NCBI GenBank assembly: GCA_019058445.1
Contig: JAHPZA010000002.1
Coordinates: 32,001-96,000, forward strand
DNA: 64,000 bases
Origin: Promethearchaeota archaeon
GTDB taxonomy: Archaea > Asgardarchaeota > Lokiarchaeia > Sigyniarchaeales > SOKP01
Direction: 5' to 3'
In this document: positions 49,361 to 58,944 of the stretch, piece after piece
Numbering within the stretch: position 1 is the first letter of the stretch
How the letters are laid out: each line of letters opens with the position of its first letter
The notes under the pieces: generated by a model
The model's database searches: none
Seen by the model: the letters and a program-made list of their open reading frames with translations, nothing else
Told to the model about the DNA's origin: nothing
Program-made: the position numbers and the translations under genes

Positions 49361-50140
49361 TCAAAAAATATATTCACGATATTTTCTAACAAAGATAGCT
49401 AACTTATAAGTACTCGGAACTAAATACATAATTTCTGCCAATAGTATTGTAATAAAAAACCAATTAACATCAGATCGAGCTATCACATAAAAAGAAGAGC
49501 TTGATCTTTCATCAAATAAGAAGAGATATATTCCTTGATTGAGATAAAGGATTATTCCTATACAGATTATAATTCCAGCACTCGAAAATACAATAACTTG
49601 ATGCTCACTTTCCAAAATCCCAATGCCAAGATTAATAACAAAAAGAATTAAGGTAATTATAATTAAATACTGGGTTATATTTATCCATGTCTCGTAATTT
49701 GCTGGTTTTATGGCAATAGTGCCGTTCCAATCTAATAATTCAGCGTGTCGCATTACATTTAAGAGAGATAAGGCAGAGAGGGTAATAATTGCCAATGTTG
49801 AGATGAAAAATATTTTAATAGAAAAGAGTCGAGTAAATTGTAGAAAATCATCATCATCACTCTCAATTGATGCTAACATCGTATCTATTTTCTTTTTAAT
49901 TTGTGGTGGAATCTTTTTCTGAAGTTTAATCAATTTTAGATTCAAATTTGGATAATTTGATAATAATTTTTCAATTAAATTGCATCCTTTTTCAAGTCGT
50001 TCAGGAGAACTTTTTGGTCCATTCCATAAATAAAGATTTTGCTTATCCTCATCTAAAATTGCGCAGAGATCATGCAATAACAAGGATTCTTCCTCGAGCC
50101 AAGCTTTTTTATCTTCGTCAAAAATATAAGTCCTTAGCAT
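49361..50140 (-). CDS. Gelsolin-like domain fused to four TM helices
   Basis: DLCAILDE...LYLWNGPKSS..LEKG gelsolin-repeat pattern, then four hydrophobic segments. Confidence 0.68.
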   Translation of the reverse strand: MLRTYIFDEDKKAWLEEESLLLHDLCAILDEDKQNLYLWNGPKSSPERLEKGCNLIEKLLSNYPNLNLKLIKLQKKIPPQIKKKIDTMLASIESDDDDFLQFTRLFSIKIFFISTLAIITLSALSLLNVMRHAELLDWNGTIAIKPANYETWINITQYLIIITLILFVINLGIGILESEHQVIVFSSAGIIICIGIILYLNQGIYLFLFDERSSSSFYVIARSDVNWFFITILLAEIMYLVPSTYKLAIFVRKYREYIF

Positions 50141-50238
50141 TACTATTCAAATAATTATAATATGCAAATTTTTTATGTTTTTTGCTATAAAATATTGAAA
50201 AAAAGGGTATTCTACTACTAGTAGAATGGTAATAATTA

Positions 50239-51135
50239 TTAAGATTCTATTCTGTTCTTAATCTCATTCCACAGATCATCAATATATTTCCTGTAGACTT
50301 CAATTTCTTTTTGAGAAATTTTATTAAATCTTTTTTGAGTGTTAAAGTACTCTTCAATAGGTTTTCGTTTGGAAGGATCTAAATTTTTTTTACTGTCTTT
50401 TGATAAAATAAACTTCCCGTTGATTATTTCATAGAGCGGCCAAAATCCCGTATCATTTGCTAACTTACCTATTTTTATGGTATCTTTAGGATCATAACCC
50501 CATCCAGGGGGACAGGCAGAGAGAATATGGATATATTTAGCTCCTTTTATTTCTCGAGCTTTTTGAAATTTTTCGTATAAATCGAGAGGATATGAACCAT
50601 TGGCTGTTCCAACATACGGAATCCCATGAGCTTCTAATATTTTAGGCATATTTTTTTTAGCTCTAATCTTTCCACCGGGAGTTGTCGCTGTAAATGCCCC
50701 TAGAGGTGTAGATCCACTTCTTTGAACCCCTGTATTCATATAAGCCTCGTTATCATAGCAAGCATAAATAAAGTTAGTACCTCTCTCTACAGCTCCGCTT
50801 AGCGCTTGAATACCAATATCGGCAGTACCACCATCACCCGCGAATGCTACAACGCAAATATCATCTGCTAATCCTTTTTCTTCTAAAGAGGCAACGATTC
50901 CCGAGGCTGATGCTCCTGTAGTCGCAAAAGGTGTATGAAGCACAGATACTTTAGTCGTGCAAAAACCTTGCATTCCATGAAGAACTGTAAGACAGGAAGC
51001 AGGTACAGTCATTATAGTCTTGGGTCCAAGAGCCTTAAGAGCTATTCGATATATTAAGGCCATTGCGCATCCAGAACACATTCTCGTTCCTGGGTTTATA
51101 AATTCTTCTTCTCGAACATCCATAACATTTACCAT
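50239..51135 (-). CDS. porB: 2-oxoacid:ferredoxin oxidoreductase beta subunit
   Basis: CSGC, GDGGTADIG, DNEAYMNTGVQRS, CPPGW. Confidence 0.93.
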   Translation of the reverse strand: MVNVMDVREEEFINPGTRMCSGCAMALIYRIALKALGPKTIMTVPASCLTVLHGMQGFCTTKVSVLHTPFATTGASASGIVASLEEKGLADDICVVAFAGDGGTADIGIQALSGAVERGTNFIYACYDNEAYMNTGVQRSGSTPLGAFTATTPGGKIRAKKNMPKILEAHGIPYVGTANGSYPLDLYEKFQKAREIKGAKYIHILSACPPGWGYDPKDTIKIGKLANDTGFWPLYEIINGKFILSKDSKKNLDPSKRKPIEEYFNTQKRFNKISQKEIEVYRKYIDDLWNEIKNRIES

Positions 51136-51149
51136 CTTTTACACCTCCT

Positions 51150-52412
51150 TTAATCTAAAAAATCTAGTTCATCTAGTTTCAAACCATAATATTCTGTTTC
51201 AGAAGTGATTTCTCCTTTATCAGACAAGTCAAAAGCTCTATGAACACCTTCTATAATATGATCTCCTTTAACATCTCTACCACCTAGACCAACAATGAAT
51301 CCTTTTATAAAAGGAGGATCTTTTACGCCATAAAGTGCTGCTTTTAATTCATAGCATAATACTCCTTCATAGCCATATCCTATCGCTCTGTCAAAAACTA
51401 CAATATTCTTTTTATTTTTAAGAAATTCTCTTAGATACTTCACTGGAAAAGGTCTAAATAATCTTAAGGTAACTAATCCTATTTTCAGTCCTTCATCTCG
51501 AAGTTTTTCTATCACTGTTCTCACTTGTGCTGATACAGAACCCATTGCAAAAATTATAGTGTCCGCATCCTCAGTTTTATATGTTTTAAATAATCCGTTC
51601 CCGTAGGATCTGCCAAATTTTGCAGCGTACTCGTCATGTACTTCTTTTATTACATCAATAGAATTTTCTAATGCTTTTTGTAGCGCATATCTAAATTCAA
51701 AATACCCCGGAGCCGTGCCTTCTTCTCTTTTTATAATATTTGGGGTGGTTACTGGTCCAACTCCTTTAACTTGAGAAATATCTGAGAGGTTAATATGATG
51801 GTTTAATGGGGGTAAAAAATCATCAATATCTTCTTGATTTTCCAATTGAACAGGCATTAAAGTATGAGATAATAAATAGCCATCATATGCAACAATTGTT
51901 GGAATATATACACGCGGATCTTCAGCAATTTTAAATGCTTGGAAATTAGTATCGTAGATCTCTTGATTATCTTCGCACATAAACTGTATCCAACCTACAT
52001 CTCTCGCTGCTATGAAATCAGAATGATCGTCCCAGATACTCCATGGAGCTCCACAGCTTCTAGTAGCCAAATTTATTACAATGGGTAATCTGGTTCCTGC
52101 TGCCCAGGGCAACATTTCATACATTAGCATAAGACCATGCGCTGATGTGGCTGTTCCTACTCTTGAGCCTGTCGCTGATGCAGCACAACAAGCAGCCGCC
52201 GCAGAATGTTCAGATTCAACTAATAAAAATTGTGCTTTGAGTTTTCCATCACGAATGTATTCAGATATTTTTTCTACTACTGGACTTTGAGGTGTTATCG
52301 GATAAGCAGATACAACTCCTACTCTAGATTGCATATAAGCATAAGCTGCTGCGTGATTTCCAGTCATAATTTTGATGTTTTTCTCTTTATCTTGTATTTC
52401 AGTTTGAGTCAT
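51150..52412 (-). CDS. porA: 2-oxoacid:ferredoxin oxidoreductase alpha subunit
   Basis: AYPITPQS, VESEHSA, TATSAHGL, RLFRPFP, GLGGRD. Confidence 0.94.
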   Translation of the reverse strand: MTQTEIQDKEKNIKIMTGNHAAAYAYMQSRVGVVSAYPITPQSPVVEKISEYIRDGKLKAQFLLVESEHSAAAACCAASATGSRVGTATSAHGLMLMYEMLPWAAGTRLPIVINLATRSCGAPWSIWDDHSDFIAARDVGWIQFMCEDNQEIYDTNFQAFKIAEDPRVYIPTIVAYDGYLLSHTLMPVQLENQEDIDDFLPPLNHHINLSDISQVKGVGPVTTPNIIKREEGTAPGYFEFRYALQKALENSIDVIKEVHDEYAAKFGRSYGNGLFKTYKTEDADTIIFAMGSVSAQVRTVIEKLRDEGLKIGLVTLRLFRPFPVKYLREFLKNKKNIVVFDRAIGYGYEGVLCYELKAALYGVKDPPFIKGFIVGLGGRDVKGDHIIEGVHRAFDLSDKGEITSETEYYGLKLDELDFLD

Positions 52413-52708
52413 TCAGGTCTCACCTCTATCATTGTTATAGCATCCACCGGACATTCTTCCGCGCAAATCCCACATCCTTTACAATATTCTAAATCTATTT
52501 CAGGTGGGATAGTCCTAGTTACAACTGCCTCTGGACAATAAAGCCAACAATTAAAGCACGCAGCTTTTCCGGTTTTTGCGGGGATGCATTTTTTAAGGTC
52601 AATTATGGGTTTAAAATTACTCCAAGTCCCAGTTTTTCCAGCCTCACCTTTTACTGGTTTCTGAACCGAAGCTAATATCTTTTGATAATCTTTTTTTGAA
52701 TCCGTCAT
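52409..52708 (-). CDS. porD: 2-oxoacid:ferredoxin oxidoreductase delta subunit
   Basis: KTGTW, CFNCWLYCP, YCKGCGICAEECP. Confidence 0.92.
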   Translation of the reverse strand: MTDSKKDYQKILASVQKPVKGEAGKTGTWSNFKPIIDLKKCIPAKTGKAACFNCWLYCPEAVVTRTIPPEIDLEYCKGCGICAEECPVDAITMIEVRPE

Positions 52709-52814
52709 AGTATCAACTAAATTAGACTATTCAAATATTAAAAGAATTAATAAATCTTGAAATAAAATTCTTTTTATTATTATTAAAAAGCACTTTCTTA
52801 AAATTAGGAATTCT

Positions 52815-53606
52815 TTATTCTTTAATGCTTTTTTGGCTTATTATATCCTGAACTGTGATTTCAGGATGATGATACCGTTGATTTTTTAATTTCACATCAC
52901 TATATTGAATTGATTTTTCGGGGCAATAATTAATACAGGCAGCACATCTTTGGCATTTATGTTGCCATTGTGGTACTCCTTCTACAAGTTTTATGTTATT
53001 AACGGGACAAATTTTTTCACATGTACCACATTGAGTGCAATTTTCATCTACATAAAACAACTCATCACTCTTGTAAACAGTTTTATGAAACTTATAATTA
53101 TGTTTTTCGAATGACTTCCTATTCCTTTCGCTTAATTCTATTTTAAGATGTTTCTGGTTATTATTTATAATTGTAGAGATCCTTTCAATTTCTCTAATCG
53201 AATTTTCAAATATTTGTTTTTGTAGAGTTTGAGGATCATTATGATAAAAGTTTGCAGGCATCCTAATAAAAAAGCCAGCGTTGAGAGTTTTAGATTTAGA
53301 TTTAAGAATTTCCTCTAACTGATGTAATGCCACGCAATCAAAATCACCGCCTTTTGTTACAACAGCAAAAAAGTAATTAGATTTGTCAATATCTATCTTA
53401 GTTATAAAATCAAAGATAATTTTAGGAAGTCCAAGGAAATAGAGAGGAAAAACAAAACCAATTTTTTCACTTGTTGAAGCAAGACTTTCCATTTGCCAAA
53501 TCTTTGCAATAGGTACTAATTCACATTCATCTAACTTGTTTGTGAGATCTCTTGCAATTTTTAAAGAATTGCCTGTTCCAGAAAAATAATAAATTGTGGT
53601 TTTCAT
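52815..53606 (-). CDS. EFR1-type flavodoxin-ferredoxin fusion
   Basis: YFSGTGNS plus CTQCGTCEKICP and CQRCAACINYCP. Confidence 0.9.
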   Translation of the reverse strand: MKTTIYYFSGTGNSLKIARDLTNKLDECELVPIAKIWQMESLASTSEKIGFVFPLYFLGLPKIIFDFITKIDIDKSNYFFAVVTKGGDFDCVALHQLEEILKSKSKTLNAGFFIRMPANFYHNDPQTLQKQIFENSIREIERISTIINNNQKHLKIELSERNRKSFEKHNYKFHKTVYKSDELFYVDENCTQCGTCEKICPVNNIKLVEGVPQWQHKCQRCAACINYCPEKSIQYSDVKLKNQRYHHPEITVQDIISQKSIKE

Positions 53607-53647
53607 ATCTTCTCAAATAATTTATATCATATAAAAATAATAAAAAT

Positions 53648-54247
53648 TCATAATGTTTTTGCTAGTTTGAATCCTTCTTCGATTAATTCTATGTTCAATT
53701 TTGCTATTTCGTCACTCATCCTTTTTTGAACTACTTTATTTATATTATCTAAGCTAAGCTCTATTAATGAACGAGAAAGCAGACCTAAAATAGGTGTATT
53801 CACCATGGGAGCACCATCAATGATAAGTCCTCTTTCTAAAGCCAATTTATTGATATCAGCAACCACGATTTTGTTACTCTTAGATAGATTATATTTTTCT
53901 ACAAAAAATTGTGGCTCTTTATCAGAATTTATGATGAAAATTCCATTTTTATCTATTGAACTTGCAATAACTTGATTGAGAACAGTTTCATCTAGAACAA
54001 TAATGATGTTTGGGTATTCTATTGCAGCACGATCCCATATTTTATCCTTTCTTGAAAGCTTAGCAAAAGCCTGCACTGGAGTGCCTCTTCTTTCGGTTCC
54101 AAAAGTGGGATAGGCTTGAACGTCCACAAAATTACCACTTAAATATGCTGCCTCTGCGATTATTTCACACGCAGTTACCGCTCCCATGCCTCCACGCCCA
54201 ATAATTACAATACTTATCGTATCCCATTTATTATTATTTTCTGTCAT
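53648..54247 (-). CDS. porC: 2-oxoacid:ferredoxin oxidoreductase gamma subunit
   Basis: GRGGMGAVT, FGTERRGTPV, VNTPILG. Confidence 0.92.
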   Translation of the reverse strand: MTENNNKWDTISIVIIGRGGMGAVTACEIIAEAAYLSGNFVDVQAYPTFGTERRGTPVQAFAKLSRKDKIWDRAAIEYPNIIIVLDETVLNQVIASSIDKNGIFIINSDKEPQFFVEKYNLSKSNKIVVADINKLALERGLIIDGAPMVNTPILGLLSRSLIELSLDNINKVVQKRMSDEIAKLNIELIEEGFKLAKTL

Positions 54248-54422
54248 TGAAAAGAACCTGATTCATTAAAATAAAAAATGAAAACATATGTTTTAATATG
54301 AAATACAATTAAAAATTAAAAAGTTTCCCTAATGAACCTTTTTCTAAAAAAAATAATAACGATAATAAAGGCAATGATCTTATTTATTAATCATAAAGTT
54401 TGTATTATGCTCATAAATTAAA

Positions 54423-55283
54423 TTGGTAAGAATGATGGTAAAGAAACATGAAATGGGATATTTTGAAGGACGTGAAAATAGGAAATTATTCTATCAAAAT
54501 TGGCTACCCGAAGGTAAGATTAGAGCATATGTAGTTGCTATGCATGATTGGGGTACTCATTCAGATAGAATGAAATATCCCGCTCAATACTTAACGGAAA
54601 AAGGGTATGCCATCTATACTTTTGATTTAAGGGGACATGGGAGAAATGCAGGCGAGTTCCCTGGGCATATAGACGATATGGATCATATCCAAAAGGATAT
54701 TGTTCTTTTTATGGATTTAGTTAAAAATATTGCACGAGATAGAAAAATATTTATTATGGGGCATGGTTTTGGCGGATTAAGTAGCTTAATCTATGCTATT
54801 CATCGTCCTGCATTGCCAGGAGTTCTAGTATCGTCTCCTGTGTTAGGATTGTTAAAAAAATCTTCTGTTGGAAAAAATTTATCTAAAAAATTTTCTGGAT
54901 CCCTTTCAAAATTAGCGCCAACTAAAACTATAGAATGGAATATCGATCAAAATCAATTAACTGGTGATTTAAAAATCTTGCGAGAACACATTGCTGACAA
55001 ACAAAAAACAGAGGTGATTTCAGTTAAATCTGCTGCAGAAATGAATAATGCTATGAAATGGACGATGAAAAATGCTCCAAAACTTTTATGTCCGGTCTTA
55101 TTAATGCAAGCGGGTAATGATAAAATAGTAGACAAAGGAAGAACCAAGGACTTTTTTAGTAAAATTAAATGTGAAGATAAAATGTATAAAGAATACGATG
55201 GATTTTTACATGAATTATGGAATGAACGAGGACGTGCTCAAGTTTATCAGGATATGTTTATCTGGTTAGAGAAACACCTTTAA
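54423..55283 (+). CDS. Lysophospholipase-like alpha/beta hydrolase whose nucleophile Ser reads Gly
   Basis: FDLRGHG, GHGFGG, DKIV, HELWNE. Confidence 0.85.
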   Translation: MVRMMVKKHEMGYFEGRENRKLFYQNWLPEGKIRAYVVAMHDWGTHSDRMKYPAQYLTEKGYAIYTFDLRGHGRNAGEFPGHIDDMDHIQKDIVLFMDLVKNIARDRKIFIMGHGFGGLSSLIYAIHRPALPGVLVSSPVLGLLKKSSVGKNLSKKFSGSLSKLAPTKTIEWNIDQNQLTGDLKILREHIADKQKTEVISVKSAAEMNNAMKWTMKNAPKLLCPVLLMQAGNDKIVDKGRTKDFFSKIKCEDKMYKEYDGFLHELWNERGRAQVYQDMFIWLEKHL

Positions 55284-55304
55284 AAAAAAAAATTGAAAAC
55301 TTAT

Positions 55305-56204
55305 TTACAAACCAAACAATTTTTTTGCATTTTCTCCAAGAATTTTATTCTTTTCATCTTCGGTAAATTCAGGTAGGCCCATCATTTTCATGGGAGGAGG
55401 GAGTTTCATCTTTTTAATTCCATCCACATATTCTTTTAAAGATAAAATTGATGTGAATAAAGGCCAATCTGTACCAAATAGTATCTTATTTATACCACAT
55501 GTCATCTTGGCTTCGATAAGAGTCTCATAAAATGCAAATGGGGCCATTTTCAAATGAGGTTCCCATGCGGAAATATCTAAATAGACATTAGAATTTTTTG
55601 TGGCAACAGCAATAGCTTCTTTAGTCCATGGATCACCTATATGTGCCATAATAAAGTTGATTTTTGGAAAGTCGGTTGCGACTTTATCAACGTACACTGG
55701 TCTACAATATTTAAGGTAAGTACCAGTAGGGCCCAACCCGGTATGACATAATATAGTAGCTCCAAGTTCTTCTACACGCTCGTAAAAAGGATAAAATTTT
55801 AAATCATCTGGATAAAAACCGGTAAGGGTCCAAAATTTAACTCCACTACATCCTAAATCATTTATACATCTTTCCAACTCCTTAATTGCTTCTTCTCCTC
55901 TCCGAGGATCAATACCTGCAAAACCGATAAATCTATCAGGATAGTTGCGCATATACTTTGCCAATAAATCATTGTATTCCTTATAGGTGACCCTAGATCT
56001 AAAAATAAATTCACCATCTAAAGCAAGCAACACAGTTTTATCGATTCCAGCTTCGTCCATTTCTCTGATTAATCTTTCAGCATCACCATTTGAAAGAAGA
56101 GAATACTCAAAATTAAACTGCTTCGCAATTGCACTTAAAACTTCTTTAAAATCATCAGAGACTAAATCTGCCTCCCAAAAATGACAATGAGCATCAATAA
56201 TCAA
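55305..56204 (-). CDS. Amidohydrolase_2 family protein
   Basis: IDAHCH, HTG, AHIG, LFGTDWP. TTG 56204 follows a GAGGTGA SD. Confidence 0.92.
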   Translation of the reverse strand: MIIDAHCHFWEADLVSDDFKEVLSAIAKQFNFEYSLLSNGDAERLIREMDEAGIDKTVLLALDGEFIFRSRVTYKEYNDLLAKYMRNYPDRFIGFAGIDPRRGEEAIKELERCINDLGCSGVKFWTLTGFYPDDLKFYPFYERVEELGATILCHTGLGPTGTYLKYCRPVYVDKVATDFPKINFIMAHIGDPWTKEAIAVATKNSNVYLDISAWEPHLKMAPFAFYETLIEAKMTCGINKILFGTDWPLFTSILSLKEYVDGIKKMKLPPPMKMMGLPEFTEDEKNKILGENAKKLFGL

Positions 56205-56381
56205 AAATATCACCTCATATTTTTTTTCTAATTAAAATCTGGTTATTTTTTAAATTTGAATAGAAAATCTAAAATATTTTTTGATAAAATTGGATTAATT
56301 AATTCTAATTGACCATTATATATAAACTAAATTCTCTAAATATCTAAAATGAGAGAGAAATTTATTAATTAACTTATATCT

Positions 56382-56549
56382 TCAGGGATATCTCTTATAT
56401 AAATCTTGGATGATGTCTTCCAGTTCTTTTATGGTTTTTCTTTCCCCATACGCTATTTTACCACATTCATCTTCTAAATTCATGCACGATTTAATATATG
56501 CTTTATTCATTATCGTGAGCATTACTTTCGTAAAGAATAGGAAGGGCAT
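56382..56549 (-). pseudogene. Diverged duplicate of the last ~55 codons of the enoyl-CoA hydratase-like gene
   Basis: MPFLFFTKVMLTIMNKAYIKSCMNLEDECGKIAYGERKTIKELEDIIQDLYKRYP* aligns to 57937-58104. Confidence 0.92.
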
Positions 56550-56575
56550 CTTTAATAAAAAAATGTAAAATTGTA

Positions 56576-57757
56576 TTAAGAAGCGATTCTTAAAAAGAAT
56601 TCTTTTGGAGGTGCTCCTTTCGACTTGGATATGAACATTCCTAACAATTGTTCCCTAAATTCCTCATCTTGTTCGGCAATTTCTAGCATTCTATTTAAAC
56701 TTCTTCCTTCATTCTCGTAAAAGAATTTCATCAATGAGCTTTTTAATTTGAAAGTTCTTGAGATCTCCTTAATATCGGGGTGAGTTTTATACTTTCTTAA
56801 AATGATTTTTGAATAATCCTCTTTTTCTAACGCATCAATCGCTATTTCTGCAGCCGCTTTACCTGAAGCAATTGCTGTATGAATACCTTCTCCATTTATT
56901 GGCGATATAAATCCTCCAACATCTCCAACAAGTAATAGATTATCATCATATAAACTTTTATCCAATATCCCAGTTACGGGAAATGGATAAGCTCCAGACC
57001 AAATTATTTTACATTTTGAAGCTTTTACATATTTTTGAATATTCGGATTTTTAAGAAATTCATTATACACAGTATGCAAATTATATTTAAGATTGTCTTC
57101 CGAAAAGGTGTAAACACCAATATTGAATCTGTTTTTACCTATTGGGAAGATCCATCCGTATCCTTTATAAGGTTTAAAATAAATATAGATAAGATTTTCA
57201 TTCAAATTATTCTCACCTTCCATAATTGCACATTTAGCATTTGCAATTTCTTCTATTTTCCATTTTTTTCTCAAACCGGATTTTATAGCTAATCTGGAGC
57301 TCATTCCTTCAGCAATAATAAAAATTTTTCCATAATACACTTTAGTTCCCTCTGGGCTTTTAGTTTTAATTCCTATCCTTTTTCCGTCCTTTAGAATAAA
57401 ATCGGTTGATATATTTTTATCAAAAAGTTTAGATCCAACATCTACGGCGGAATCTCTCAAAAAATTGTCAAATTCTAAACGATCAATAATTATAGAATAT
57501 TTTTGCTTCTCAACATAAGCTTCAATTTTGTGAAAGTCCGCACTATATAGTTCAATTCCCTTAATTAATGGAATATTTAATTTTCTTAATTCAGGATAAA
57601 AATTAAGTACTCGATAATTAAGAGCCCCACCACAAGGTTTCCTCCAGTTGGAATCTTTTTCAATTAAAGCAACATTATATCCGGCTTTAGCAAGGACCTC
57701 AGCACATTGAGAACCTGAAGGTCCTGCTCCAGAGATTACAACATCAAATTTGATTAT
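56576..57757 (-). CDS. Geranylgeranyl reductase-family FAD oxidoreductase, probable ATA start
   Basis: Frame is open from 57757: IIKFDVVISGAGPSGS...KPCGG...IDRLEFD; also GYGWIFP and GDVGG..SPINGEGI. Confidence 0.9.
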   Translation of the reverse strand: MIKFDVVISGAGPSGSQCAEVLAKAGYNVALIEKDSNWRKPCGGALNYRVLNFYPELRKLNIPLIKGIELYSADFHKIEAYVEKQKYSIIIDRLEFDNFLRDSAVDVGSKLFDKNISTDFILKDGKRIGIKTKSPEGTKVYYGKIFIIAEGMSSRLAIKSGLRKKWKIEEIANAKCAIMEGENNLNENLIYIYFKPYKGYGWIFPIGKNRFNIGVYTFSEDNLKYNLHTVYNEFLKNPNIQKYVKASKCKIIWSGAYPFPVTGILDKSLYDDNLLLVGDVGGFISPINGEGIHTAIASGKAAAEIAIDALEKEDYSKIILRKYKTHPDIKEISRTFKLKSSLMKFFYENEGRSLNRMLEIAEQDEEFREQLLGMFISKSKGAPPKEFFLRIAS

Positions 57758-57936
57758 TGGTTCACCTCATAAAATCTTAGATATTTAATATTTATAGTTT
57801 GAATTATTTAAATCTACACGAGAAAACTTTGTAATAATTATCGCCCTTTATTATTAAAGCATTATGATCATTCTGAAAAAACTTCAAATACAATTAGATT
57901 GTATTTCTTTGAATTGAAAAAAAAAAAGTTCTGTTA

Positions 57937-58725
57937 TTAGGGGTATCTCTTATATAAATCTTGGATGATGTCTTCCAGCTGTTTCATGGTTTTTCTTTCC
58001 CCGTAGGCTATTTTTCCACATTCGTCTTCTAAATCCATGCATGATTTGATATATGCTTTATTCATAATCATAAGCATTACTTTCGTAAAGAATAGGAAAG
58101 GGGTTTGAATTTTACAAAGATCTTTCGCAAATGATAGTGTGTCCTCATCAAGCGTTTCCTTTGGAAATATCCTTGTGGGGAAATTTATGTTCTTTAATTC
58201 TTCTAAACCGATATTATCACCAGTAAAAAGGAATTTCTTCGCATTACTAAATCCAAAAGCTAATAAAGGCATGAGGGTTGCGCCAGTTTGCGGGAAAGCG
58301 GAGATAACAAGCTCTGGCAATCTAATATAGAGTTCTTCTTTCGGTCTGTCAGCAAAAATCCTTAAATCCGATGCTACCATCATCAATACTCCGAAGCCAA
58401 CAGCAATCCCTTGACATTGGGTAATGACTGTTTTTTTCATGAGCATTATTTTCTCATTCACTTTCCTACCCCAGATTGTTACTTGCTTTACATTCTCAGG
58501 ATCTCCTTGAACTTGCTTTAGATCATAACCCGCAGAAAAGAATCTATCCCCTGTACTCCTAATAATTATACACTTCACTTTCTCATCTTCATCTGCTTTG
58601 CTTAACGTGTCATAGAGTGTCATTAACATTTCAATAGTAAAAGCATGTGCCTTTTCCGGCCGATTAATTGTGATAATAGCAACACATCTTTTTACTTCAT
58701 ATAAAAGATTTTCTTGATCGCTCAT
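57937..58725 (-). CDS. Enoyl-CoA hydratase/isomerase (crotonase) family protein
   Basis: ITINRPEK, FFSAGYDL, AVGFG, LPE. Confidence 0.9.
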   Translation of the reverse strand: MSDQENLLYEVKRCVAIITINRPEKAHAFTIEMLMTLYDTLSKADEDEKVKCIIIRSTGDRFFSAGYDLKQVQGDPENVKQVTIWGRKVNEKIMLMKKTVITQCQGIAVGFGVLMMVASDLRIFADRPKEELYIRLPELVISAFPQTGATLMPLLAFGFSNAKKFLFTGDNIGLEELKNINFPTRIFPKETLDEDTLSFAKDLCKIQTPFLFFTKVMLMIMNKAYIKSCMDLEDECGKIAYGERKTMKQLEDIIQDLYKRYP

Positions 58726-58944
58726 ATTTATCTAAACTTAAAATGAAATTTAAAATGTTTTAAAATTCAACCCAAGAAATAATAATACTAACCTTAGATG
58801 ATAAATTTTCGATGATTTATTGGACTCTTAATAATAAAATATCTAATTTACTTCTTGATTATTGATATTAAAAATTTAACAATTACTATTAAAAAAAATC
58901 ATTTCAATTAATTATTGTACTAAAACATCATTTACTTTTCTAAA

